From contig OY740821.1 in assembly GCA_963514005.1 (NCBI GenBank), positions 13,144,001 through 13,208,000 of the forward strand: a stretch of DNA of 64,000 bases, given 5' to 3'. The translations under genes were made by a program, and so were the position numbers. The DNA comes from Raja brachyura. Lineage: Eukaryota. This document shows, piece after piece, positions 13,096 through 25,520 of this stretch. The notes below the pieces were generated by a model, which saw only the letters and a program-made list of their open reading frames with translations, searched no databases and was not told the origin of the DNA. Position 1 is the first letter of the stretch. Every line of letters begins with the position of its first letter.

Positions 13096-14979
13096 ACAAA
13101 CTTCACACAGACAGCACCAGAGAACTGCTAGGTTCCTCCGTCATTTTGTTTTTTGCTCAAGGCTCCAGCATCTGCAGTCTCTTGTGTCACCAGAATCAAT
13201 CCTGGGTCATTGGATATATAATTATTTGAATGTAAAGTCCCAAGCTGCTGTGGTGAGATTTGAACTCGATTCTCAAGTTTGTAATTACTTTTCCAGTCAC
13301 TTAACCCACTACATTCCACACCAGTGCAGCGCCACAATATAAAGTCATACATAAAATGATTTAATTTCCTCCTTGAAACTAAATCTTAAACCAAAGATTG
13401 CAACAGAAATGTATGCTCTTATTTGATATGTATCCAAAACCTGACAATGTGGTTTTATCCAATGTGCTTGCAAAACCTGTGACAGAGTTGGCTTCCTTTT
13501 TTGTGCTGTTTATGAAATAGTTGACAGATAACTCATTAGAAGAATTTATGAGGTCCAACAATGCGGGCTATTGAGATAAAAAGGCCTCATTACCATCTCA
13601 CTTCTTACACCCAGGCCGCCAAAACATTTGAAAGTTTAAATTGGGACCACTGATCATTAACAAGTGATAAATAGTGAAAGAGGGAGAACAAAAAGATGCA
13701 AGACCACAATTTCCTGTGCCCAAAGGCTGCACTGTAGAGCGGAAAGAAACTGGTTTGGAAGCGAAAATAGCTGAAGCCACCAGCAAAAAGGAGACAGCAT
13801 TGGAGGAACAATGGAAATCTGTGAACAAGGGAGCATTTAAACAATGAGTCTTGCTATTCAACCACCATCACAGTGGCCGAGTCTGGTTGAAAAAGGAGCT
13901 AATATTGAAGCTAAGGAATGATTTAGATATCCAATATCAACACCAATACAGTGCAATAAGACAGGCCAGGCACAAAAGGAAAATTTAGCTTGTCCACACT
14001 AGCTCTTACTTTAAGGAGATACCCTAAAACACGGCATACAAGCGGGCACAAGTTTATGACACTGCAAAGCCTCTTGGTGTGACATTGGCAAAACTTGCAC
14101 CATCGTGTACAGCTCTGTAGGTATATAAAGGTCAAACCTGCTCATGTCACCTCAAACTTTACAAGTCGTCAGAGACAGGTCCTTATCCCAGCAGTCTGGG
14201 CTGGATTCAAACCTAGATTTTCTGTTGCTGCTACTTAAAGTGGAAATAAAAGTACAGTTTTTGATCAAAATAGTGTCAGTTATCATCTTACAAAAGGAAG
14301 TCTACTTGTTCTAAGTGCAATGGTTAATCTCAGCATGAATATTTTATTGTGTCCATTTATTTATTCTATTGTGGAAATGCCTTTGTGGCTTTGCCCTTGC
14401 TGTCGACGTGACTCTCTCCAAATCTACAACCGTGCAAGATTTCTGTGCTCCCACAATTCAGGCCACTTGCTCATCCCTCGACTTTGGTTCTTCCACCGCT
14501 AACAGCCATCTCTGGAATTCCCTTTTTAAACCTTTTCCCCTCGGTTTCCTCCATTACGGTGCTCCTTAAAATCTGCCCCCATAACCAACCCTTTGGTTAC
14601 CCACTCTATTATTTCCTCATGTGGGGCAGAGTCAGTTTTAGTCAGTAAGCAGTTGTGATTCACCCAGATATTCCAAGATTCAAATTCTGGAGACAACATC
14701 TGGACTTGGAGGCAACATCTTGACTTGGAGGAGAACGTGCTAATATTTATCACTTGATCAAGGTTGACTTTCATCAGCATCTCATGACTTTACTTGCTTT
14801 AGCAAAGAAGAGAAATGAAAGACAATTTATTTCATGAAGTCTACTGCACCCACAACCCTTGTAAAATGTAATCCATTCCTCAACTTAACCCCACTTCCAT
14901 GATGTGAAGTAGAGCTATGCAATGCTTCTCCCTATGACATACTAACTCTAGGGCTGCAGCTAGTCAAATCTCCAAAATG

Positions 14980-15380
14980 ATGGCCCAGTGGTAGTGCTCT
15001 CACCTTGAACTTCAAAGGTTGTGGGCTTGAATCCCACTCCCGAGATTCAAGCATAAAGATCTCAGCTGACACTTCAGCGAAGCACTGAGGAATTACTGCA
15101 ACGCTGGAAGGGCAGTGCCGAGGGAGTACCACGTCAGCAGCAAACCAAGAAGATGAGATGTTAAACCAAGGTGCTCTGCAAAATGCAGGGGAATTTCCAG
15201 ACTATGCTGGCCTATGATTTAAACCTCAATTAACAACCATGAAACAGGTAATTTGGACATTAGCACATTGCTTGTCTGTGGGAGACTGCTGTGCTCAGCC
15301 TGGCCACATTACAACGGTGATTATACATGATTAGTTGTGATGTGACCTTAAAAAGTGAAACGTGTGACAGAAATGAAAGT
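14980..15380 (+). mobile_element. tRNA-derived Deu-domain SINE
   Basis: tggcccagtggtag (A box), gggcttgaatcccac (B box), gatgagatgttaaaccaagg Deu-like core, tgtgggagactgctgtgc 3' region. Confidence 0.65.
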
Positions 15381-18270
15381 CTTTTTTTTCTGTTTTACTG
15401 TGCACAGAGCTTCTAACAAATGATACTCACTGCCATTCTTCAAATTGCTCGAAAATATTTATGCCCCTCAGAGTATTCATTGGTCTAACTCTACACATCT
15501 GGACAATTAATTCCATCCTAAATCTGCTGTTTCATTTCAGGATTTGATTTGCTAGATTGAACCCACACTTAAAGCACACGGTGTGTTGCAGAGAGCAGAG
15601 ACAAAATCCTTTGATCTCTATTGAGATGCTGTCTGAAAGCAGCCCAGAGAAATGGGCAGCGATATGTTGAATTTATGGCTGTAAACTCATAGCATAAAGC
15701 AGAGTATAAATTATTGAATTACGCAGGATATATGGCATGGTCCATTTGGCCCAACCAGTCTATGGTGGTGTTCATACTCCACCTGAGCATCTTTCCTTAT
15801 CTAAATCTCTCAATTTGCCCTCTATCCCCTTCTCCCTTAAATGGTCGTTCAGTCTCCTTTTCAATGCATATGTGCCTCAACCACTGTGAGCGAGTTCCAC
15901 CTTCTAACTACTCTTTGGATAAGGTGAATATCCTATTGTGTTTCATTGTACACGAGACCCATGAGTGTCATTCATGGGAACAACATGGGACAACAAAGCT
16001 TACATCAGTACAACAGGCGTGCTCAGATGTAGGAGTTCACACTTCACAAGAACAGTGTTGGAGGGAGGGTTTATTTCATTGAGATGCTATGATATACCTT
16101 ACCTGGGAGTGTCCCCAAAGCACCTGACCCAATTACTTTGTACAAGTTGGACACAGGGTACTGGAGTAATCTAGCAGATCAAATAGCATCTCAGGAGAAC
16201 TTGGATTTTGGGTTGGGACACTTGCAGAGATGCTGCTTGACCGGTTGAGTTACTCCAGCACTTTGCGTCCTTTTTATCTAAGCCAGCAATTTGCAGCTCT
16301 GTGTTTCTACCTTCTATACTTTGTACGTGTCTTTCCCTCAATGTCCAAGTGACTTCCTGGGTTTACTGACCTGGCAAATGATCTTGTGGAAGAGGATGGG
16401 AGGGAGATAATTAGCCTCTTGACTGCTGAGCTCAGAGCCACAACGCATTGGTAACAAAATGGAAGGTTTGTTGTCAGTGCTGTGAAGACCTACTCCACAA
16501 CGAAACACTGAGCAGGGCTGGAGATGTGTTGAAGTCGAAACAAATGGACTGTTGGTGTTATGCTAATTGAGACACAGTCATGACCCCATGCTGGCCTTTA
16601 TTCTCCCTGGCAGATCACACTGGGAGTTCTTCCCCCAGCCATGCACAGAATTCTCAATTGTCTTTTTGTCTTTTTAGAAAAAAAATCAGTCAGTGCAATC
16701 TGGATAAAAGGCAATTGGTCATACATGGTTGGCACTGTGTGACTCAATGGGCTTCATCATGTAGCCTATTGGAATCTGCAGTTCCGGTGCACACTCCCGG
16801 GAACAAAGAATGCCTTTTAGATACGAGGATGAAAGACTTGTTCTTTTGCCACACCTACTGCCACTTTAGTACGTCCTTGTAACTTACAAGTCTGAAGTCT
16901 GTATCATCAGTCTGAAGAAGGGCCCGGGCCCAAAACGTCACCCAACCACATATTCTAGAGAGGCAGCCTGAAAGCTCACAATTATCATATACCCTTCACT
17001 TTCCATCCTTCTCTCCTGATTCAAGAATATTGACAACACAAACTTGCCATTATGCCCTTATGATCTGTCCCGGTTCTCTGCCCCGCTGTCCTTGATCTGT
17101 CCCATTTCTCTGCACCTCTATGCTTCTTCACCACCCCCCCCCCCCCCCTTTTAACCATAGACTCCCCCTGTGGAAGGGGATACTGTTCAACTATAAGCTC
17201 TCCGGTGTCTCAATCAAGTGAGAACTGGACAGTAAAGGGATAAGATACTCTGAGTCTGGAGTGGATCACAACCGTTCCTCTCCTCGCCTGCTGCGAATAC
17301 GTGCGCAAGAATTTTCCAATGGTGAAGAGTGGTCGCGTTTGTTTCCCGGGCCAGTGAAAAGGTGGGTTTGCCCTTCCACCAACTCCCGAGAGAAGGGAGG
17401 AAACTGACCCGGACTGGAACGCGAGAAGAGACAATGTCAGGCAATACCAGACAATACCAATCACCCGCAAAGCGTTACACCACTCAGAATGAGAGCCACA
17501 CTCGTTCATCTGGATTATTCATACAGTCTGCATACTGTAGATTATAAACACTGATGCGACATGCACTTTGCAAAACTGGTAGACACCATTTCTTCACATG
17601 TCAGGGTGCAGAAAGTCTAACTTCAGGGTCGAAGGGTGAGTCACGTTCAGTACAAAACACCATTGTGATTTCACGGCAACAGACGTGCCGCAAGAACGAT
17701 CTGCTTTCAGTCACTCCGGTGTCATGAGGCCTTCCCAGACAATAAACTCAGTGTAACGGTCGGGGAGATATCCACACCACAGTGTATTGTGGGCTCTTGG
17801 CTAATACCTATCACAGATGCCCGGCATCTTAACGGGAAAGCAGTCTGAAGAAAAGCGTCCGCTCAGACAGACTGATACAGCTAGAAAACGCATTGGTGAC
17901 GAAACATTAAAGCATAAACTGCATTGTATCCTGCCCAGTTCATCTGTCCACACCATCTCTGTGAGCCAACAAAGCAGGAGAGCCGGCTCAGAAACCAGTT
18001 ATTTTCCAACTCGCCATTTCCCCTCACTTCAAAAGTGAGTATGTAATCGGAGAAGGAAAAAAACTGCACATGCTGGAAATATAAAATTTAAAACAATGAA
18101 CTCTAGAAATTCTCAACGTGGGTGAAGGGAGGAATAAGATCTAGACTTCTGAGCCAAACACAAACATTCTCGCTGCATGCATCGTCTCCTCCCATTCTTC
18201 CATATCGTCTGGAGAATACAGTCCCAGGTCACTCAATCTCTCCTCATGTGACAAACCCACCATTCCTGGA

Positions 18271-18478
18271 TAGGTACAAAGTGCTGGAGTGACTCAGCCG
18301 ATCAGGCAGCATCTCTGGAGAAAAAAGAAAGGTGATGTTTTGGGTCGGGATCCTTCTTCAGTCTGACCCGACTCAAAACGTCACCTATCCATGTTCTCCA
18401 GAGACATGCCTAACTCGCTGAGTAACTCCAGCATTTTGAGTGTCTTTGGTATAAACCAGCACCTGCAGATCCTTGTTT
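18271..18478. mobile_element. PLE pseudo-LTR-derived fold-back element with TSD
   Basis: Inverted arms flanked by the direct repeat ccaccattcctgga (18257-18270 / 18479-18492). Confidence 0.8.
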
Positions 18479-18706
18479 CCACCATTCCTGGAATTAGTCT
18501 GGTAAATCTTTGCTGCTGTCACGCTAGGACAGATACTGTATATCCTTTCTTAGGTAAGGAGACCAGTAATAATCTCACTTGGGCACCTTCTCCTTCTAGT
18601 GGTCCACAGCAATTTTTTTCCCCTTATTTATTCATTCATTTTCCAAGCTCAGGGCTTCAAGGGCATTATCAAGCATTTACTTCTCTAACTGCCCAGTTCT
18701 GACATT

Positions 18707-18931
18707 CTGGAGAACATGGATAGGTGACGTTTCACAGAATGCTGGAGTAACTCAGCGGGTCAGGCAGCATCTGTGGAGAACATGGATAGGTGACGTTTCA
18801 CAGAATGCTGGAGTAACTCAGCGGGTCAGGCAGCATCTGTGGAGAACATGGATAGGTGACGATTCACAGAGTGTTGGAGTAACTCAGCGGGTCAGGTAGC
18901 ATCTCTGGAGAACATGGATAGGTGACGTTTC
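18707..18931. repeat. 66-bp tandem repeat (~3.4 units) of pLTR segment
   Basis: agaacatgga recurs at 18711, 18777, 18843 and 18909. Confidence 0.9.
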
Positions 18932-20974
18932 GGGTCAGGACTCTTCTTCAGTCTGAAGAAGGTTTCTGACCAAAAACGTTGCTTATCCACGTTCTCCATG
19001 GATGTTGCCTGACCCGATGAGTTACTCCGGTACTCTGTGTCTTTCCTTTGTAAACCAGCATCTGCAGTTCCTTGTTTCTACATTCCTCACTATCAGCCAC
19101 ACTGGGCAAGAATAGCAGATATCCGCACAAATCCAGTACTTGAGGTCAACACCAATTAATTCTGGATTATTAACCAAATTTAAATTCCACAGCCGCTGTG
19201 GTCCGATTCAAACTCAGTCTCTGGATTGCCGCTATCATACCCGGGACAGCAGTGAAGGCACCCTGCCCCACAAAGCAGCACCAGGCAATATCTTATGTCT
19301 ATCTGAGAGTACAGATGATCCCCCCCAGCTCAGATAGAGCAGCATTCCTTGGAGGGTGAGCCTTGAGTGAAATGTGAATTCACAATGCCTGAAACTTCAG
19401 CCCCTCAGAATTTAGTGGAAAAAAAAAACTTGATTCACTTACAGATTCTCTCTCATCTTTTGGTCATGCTGGAATAGTCCCTCGCTAAGAAACCCTTCTG
19501 TATGTAGAGCTAGAAATCCAGGGGTTACAAAGTGGAAAATGTGTTGACACAGACAATGTGAGGTAATTTTATGCAGGTATCTTGTCATTAATACTGATTG
19601 GTACGAGGTTGTTTTTCTGGCATTCAGATTGCTCACATGACGTCAACATTAGTGCAACACCCAAAGTCTGTCTCCTGTGACATTTTCAAACAAGTTGGCC
19701 TAAATAATGACAGGCATTGTTCACCCAGAAAAAAAAATCTGTTTTTAATAACGCTCAAACTGAATATTATTTAAAAATGTATCAGTCATAGGTAGACTGC
19801 ACCACATCGCTCTACATGCTCTCCTCTCACTCTACAACATGTTCTCCTTCAACACTGACCCTTCCTTCCATTTTAAAACACTTTGCTGCCATCAAAACTG
19901 CCATTTAAATACCCATCTTGTGCAAAGTGAGGGTGTTTGCAAACTGTATTAATGTCCTTACAGAGAGTAAGTTCCCATCTAGATGTATCCTTGAATTGGT
20001 ATAAGGGTGTAAAAGAAGCCGACTCCCAAGGCACCCAGTCACCCCTCACAATTCCCTAGCCTCAGGAGCGCTCTAGGTCCCATCTTCAGATGTAAACCGC
20101 ATCCCAGAGGTCGCTGATCACTGCTGCATCAGGGATGTGACTGACACTCTCTACCAGAACAGGCTTCAAACACTTTTACTTTAGCCCACATGAACAGGCT
20201 GAACAGGGAATTTTGTTCTTCGAAGGAAAATTCTCTGACCCTACGCCAAAGCATTATCCCGTCCCTTATTTTTGAAATACAATGAACTGAGGACATCACT
20301 CCTGTGGATGAGCTGACCCCCACCAGGATGACCCACTGCCCCAAAATATTCCTGTCATTAAACCCAGGAACACACTCCCTGCCATCAGGGAGCAGCCAGC
20401 TATGCTGAAGTGATCACTGCTCACCAATCACTTGAAGGGTGCTGGTGGTATTGACTACTATACCTTTAAGAGTTGTCTGATGAGGTATGCATCTAAGTCC
20501 TCGCAGCACTGAGAAATGTGATCAGAAAATTCTGCTGCTCCTGAGACAGTCAAATGAGGGAGATAGAATGACGTTTTTCAACTGGTACTCGTGAACTTTG
20601 CAATCGTTGACGTACTTTTTAAAACAGCAACAAGAAGGCACAATAATCATGTTTTAACATTTTAAAAAGCACAAACAGAGGCCCATTTCTTATACGGATC
20701 TGTGGATAGATAGATGCTTGATACACAAGGGGTTGAAAGATTTCCAGGATAGGCAGGAATGCAGAGTTTCGGTCACAATCAGATCAGCCATGATCTTATC
20801 AAATGAAGCAGCGGGTAAAGGAGACGAGTGGCCTCCTCCTAAATCGTATGGGGAACACAACAAAATAAACTGAAGGAAGAGCTTAAAACCTTCAGAGGAA
20901 CTTCAGGGGTCAGAGGGTCTTGGGCACCCAGCTCCCCCCCACCTCTCAGTGATCTAGGAGCTCAAGGTTAACCT

Positions 20975-21028
20975 GGGGTGGGAGATTGCAACCTTCACAT
21001 AGTCCGCCCTGTTTCAACAAATGCAATC
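20975..21028 (+). ncRNA. HDV-like ribozyme fold (this copy probably CpG-decayed)
   Basis: P1 GGGGTGG(20975-81)/CCGCCCT(21004-10) with G1-U wobble; P2 GATTGCA(20984-90)/TGCAATC(21022-28) perfect; P3 ACC/AGT with one mismatch; L3 TTCACAT; single P1.1 C-G pair; minimal P4; candidate catalytic C21018 followed by AAA. Confidence 0.75.
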
Positions 21029-21115
21029 AACCCGGCGTGCACAATCAAATAAGATCAAATAGAACAAGTTGTCCTACAACTTTAGGCTGTGCATGCCACA
21101 CGCAAGAAGAAGAAG
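20975..21115 (+). mobile_element. Short non-autonomous non-LTR retroposon (Ingi/Vingi- or RTE-derived) with ribozyme head and (AAG)n tail
   Basis: Direct repeat aaggttaacctgg at 20964-20976 and 21116-21128; 3' end gccacacgcaagaagaagaag; no Pol III A/B boxes evident. Confidence 0.75.
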
Positions 21116-23561
21116 AAGGTTAACCTGGTGGTTCATAAAGCACAGCTGTACTGTTAGGCAGAGAAGTCAGGCACGGATAAAACTAACAGCTCCACATCCA
21201 ATCTGGTAGAATCACAGTAACTATTCCTGATATGAGTTTCTTAAATTCCTGGGTTTTTTTTAAGTAACTGAACTTAAGCTTCCCAGCTGCCACAGTGGGA
21301 TTTGAACTTGTGTCGCTCAATCATCAGACTTGGCATTGGGAATTACTATCATAACCCCTGTGCTACCACATTCGTGTGTTAGGCAGCAGGCAGGCAGGCA
21401 GTCAGTTGCCTTTTTCCACACCGTCACGGATCACTTTCAGGTCTGTATTTGTCCCACGTGATATCATCGGGGGGGGGGGGGGCTAATTGCCTTGGAAACA
21501 ATTACCCAAATTTGTTGGCATTTATTACAAGTGCAAGCAAATATAAATAGCACTTCTGATGACTTAAGATGCCAGTTGGTAACCTACTGGGAGGTAAGGG
21601 TCCAATGGGAGAAGGGGTATTTGATGTGGAGTAATCGCTATCATTCATGTCGCCAATTCCAGGTTATTAATTCATGGCAGCTAATAGAAATTACAAAAGG
21701 GTGGGCATGAGTGAGAAGATGCCACCCAACACCCAGCTGCATGACTGTGTAGAGATGTCTCATTTCCAGGGATTACCAAGCTGTGCCATGGCACATAGGC
21801 GCTGCTTTAATTAGTTCCTGAGAACTGGGCGTCACAGGCAAGGCCAACATTTATTGTCTATCCTCAATCGTCGTCGAGACAGTGCTGGTGAGCCAGAGTC
21901 CTTCTGATAGAGGTGACTGTCTGACCCTACCAGGTCAGAGGAAAGTTGAGTGTCAAGCGCATTGGAGAGGGTCAATTTCCTGCCTTAGAGGACAAACCCA
22001 GCCCAACACCTTGTACAAATGGGCATCGTTCATTAGGGAATCCAGACAATGAGTGTTTGTGGCACCCCATCCAAGCTTGATGGCATCCTAATCCAATACA
22101 GGGATGCTACACGTCCCACATGTCTTCACATGATACCAAGTAGTCCTATTGTCTTTCTGCAAAGCTTTTTTTAAAGCTTCTTAAAACCCCAAGACAACAA
22201 ACCTACCACAACTGCCATCATTTACCACAGAATTGGAGGCCATTTAGTCAACATAATAAGTATGGTCAGAGTCAACGGCAAGGTTTGAATTGGGAAGAGT
22301 TTGCAACATGAGAAACAAACATAATGGCATGGCAGGATGTTTGCACTGTAACCAGGCTCTTTTCTAGAATTAACCTAGACCCTTTATCCCTTCATTACAC
22401 AGCTCACACGACAGGTGGATGCTAACAATCCAAGTAAACACATCAAATATTTATCTCAAGGCAAGTTGCCAGAAACAAAACAAAACTCTCCTGAAGTTTA
22501 CTGTTTAACTATTAAGATAATAAAACACGGTATCACATTATAAAGCATAAAAGTAGAGTGCTGTTTGGAACTGTGCAATAAAAAATATTTTCCTCAGCTA
22601 ATTCTTGCAGGTTTCACTGCCGAGATAACAACTTTTACAATCTAACGACTTCAACAAAACATCTCAAGGCACTTCTCAGGAGAGTTACCAGACAAGAAAA
22701 AAATCAATACAGAACTGCATAGGGAGGCATTAGGCTAAATAACCAAAAGTTCACCTAGTGAGATAAGTTTAAAGGAGTGTCCCTAAAGGACGGGGAGAGG
22801 CAGAGGGATTTTGGGAGGGAAGCCCAAAGTTTGGGGCCTGGGCAGTTGCCAATGTTGGAATGATTGAAGCCGGGCAAAGTCCAGAGGCCAGATTTAGCAG
22901 AGTGCAATGAAACAACTATACAATACCGTCATATAGTTCTCCAGGCTTCTGCGTTATTAGTCCAGTAATGTAGTTGCAACATCAAAGTTTAATAATTCCA
23001 CCATTGATTCGTTCTGATAATGAGTTCCACTCCTGATATGTTAACTGTTTCTTATTCCACAAAACTACCTGACCTGCTAGATGTTTCTAGCATTTCTTTT
23101 GTTTTTATTTCAGATTTCCAGCATATGCAATTTTTGGGATTGTCATCCGGCTCTGGCAGTCGTGCCTTCATCTGCCTGGGCTGTGGAATTCCCTTCCTGA
23201 ACCGTTCTCCCTTTTGACCCATCTTCTCCACATTTAAGACTCACTCCCCTTAAAGCCACCTTGTCCATCCAACCCAGCCTGTGGTAATGATCTGAAGTTA
23301 AATACAGGCTCATCCTGCTCAGCTTTTCTTCATATGTCAACCCTCTCTTCTGGAGAGAAGTCTTTCTACCCAAATCCAGATCCCAGGCGTTAAAAAAAAA
23401 AAGCATTTGCACAACATCACTCCCAACACGAAACTCCAGGCTTCCATTCCAGCCTGTGGTATTAGCTGATGGAAGTTGGGGCAATGGAATATGTTGGGGG
23501 CAATATAAGGATCAGTGTGAAAGCGAGGTACAGAATCCGTCAGTGGAGTAGTGCTGCGGGG

Positions 23562-23622
23562 CTGAATGGCACTCGTGCTGAAGTTAACTGTAATGTTAAA
23601 CTTTAGCACGAGTGCCATTCAG
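23562..23622. repeat. Near-perfect 61-nt inverted repeat (hairpin)
   Basis: ctgaatggcactcgtgctgaagtt [13 nt] aactttagcacgagtgccattcag: 24-bp stem with a single G-U (+ strand) or A-C (- strand) position. Confidence 0.9.
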
Positions 23623-25261
23623 GCAAGTACAGGATCAGGCTGTGTGCGTGCCAACCTAGGGGTATGTGCTGCCCAGCCTCACCCTTGAACAAGGGTTCAA
23701 TGAACTCTTTGGGCAAATTATTAGAAGACCAACAAACCCGGAATTGTACAGCAAAGTTAATGGCAGGAAAGAGTATCTGGGATAGGGAATAATGAAAAGA
23801 AAGAGAGTCCTGGGGGAGGACTGAAATCTGAAAGCACGCTCTGTGCCTGCCAGCATAAAGAGACTTGTCCCTTCAACAGAACGCTTGGCTTTGCATTCCA
23901 TTCCACACAGAAATAGAAGCACTCAGATAGCTGCACCCGACCACTGATGGAAAACGGACGCAGCTCCCCATTTATGCAGAATGACGGCATCATTCTTTTA
24001 TAGCCATCAGTGTCAATCAGCAAGCACACATTCCAATGGAGACACTTGTGTGGAGGAATTACAGGTCAGGCAATGGGATTAGACAGCACCGAATTAGGCC
24101 AGCAGGAATTATTCAGGCTAAAAAGACTCACTGAGGTCCATAGTTGGAAATATATTGAATAAGCACTTCTCATTTCTACTGTCATTTTCAAGTATTATAA
24201 TATTTCATGTACGAAAGGACATGAAGGCAATTGATTACATGAACGCAGAGAAACATCAGTAAATTAAAGATAAATGTTTCTACATTATTCGAGGGAATGC
24301 TTGATAAAGAAACTACTTCTTATTCTTATCCCATACAGGACGTGCCAGAATGCTTCATAGTAACAGGTGGCTGTTGGCGAGGACATTGGGAAAAGACTTT
24401 GAATGGCATCGTCAGATCTCGTACACCTGCCCAGGTCAGTGAACAAGGACACATTTTGACATCTCATCGTTTGAGAGTAAAAAAAATACACCTGTCTTAA
24501 TATTGTTTGAAGAGTTAGCCTAGAGTTTTCAGCTGCAGTGCGGGTCCAAACCTGTAATCTGTTTTCCTCATTTTAAGAGACACACAAGAGGCTGCAGATG
24601 CTGGAACCTAGAGCGAAAAAAACAATTGGGAGTCCAGAGGAAAGGTCTCAATGTGAAACATCATCTGTCCATTTCTGTCCAGCTGAGTTCCTCTGGCAGA
24701 TTTTCTAATTTTAAATCTGAGATTGGTAAATTATTGTTAACCAAAGAGAGTTAGGGATATGTGGAAAACATAGAGGCCAGCTATGATCTCTTTCAATTAT
24801 GACCAGTTTCCAGGAGGCAAGTGGCCACCTCCTGTTCCTATGTTCTAATTCTTACATTTGTAAACATCATAAAAATTAAGCTCATCAAATGGGAAGAATA
24901 GTTATCTTTATGCCGCTTGCAGTTTGGAGTGTGTTATCGGCAATAGAGACAGACAAAGTCCTCGACCAGGAACTCGGAGTACAAAACAGGCTGTTCAAAG
25001 CATGTTTACCTCGGGACCAAGTTACCATAGCAGCCACAGATCAAAGAGCCATTAACGTTAAAAGTTATGGTTCTTTGAAGGTCATTCATTCCACAAAAAG
25101 TTTGGGAGCATCCAGCAAGTTTCCATTTAAATATAGAATGTTTAATCAGACCGCCCCACCCAAGAAGGCACAGGACAGCTCAGTGGGCACAGCTGTCTTT
25201 CACAGCTGCCCCCTCTATGTCCATGTGCTGTGCAATGCTGGAGAGCATCAGAGTCTAACCT

Positions 25262-25520
25262 AATAGAGTCATAACCTCATACAGCATGGAAACAGGCCCT
25301 TTGGCCCAATTTGCCCTTGCCAACCAAGATGCCCCATCTACACTGGTGTCATCTGCCCGTGTTTGGCCCATATCCCTCTAAACCTTTCCTATCCATGTAC
25401 CTGTCCACATGCATTTTAAATGTTGTTATGGTACCCGCCTACAACTGCCTCCTCTGGCAATTCATTCCATGAATGCACAAACCTCTGTGTGAAAAGGTAG
25501 TCCCCCAGGTTCATATTAAA
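25262..25520 (-). mobile_element. CR1-type LINE 3' end
   Basis: catacagcatggaaacaggcccttggccc...ccctctaaacctttcctatccatgtacctgtcc, the antisense CR1 tail shared with the V-SINE 3' end. Confidence 0.7.

Noticed and set aside
18707-18931. CRISPR-like periodicity (66 bp)
   Set aside because: Units are near-identical along their whole length (no unique spacers), derive from the pLTR repeat, and the context is eukaryotic.
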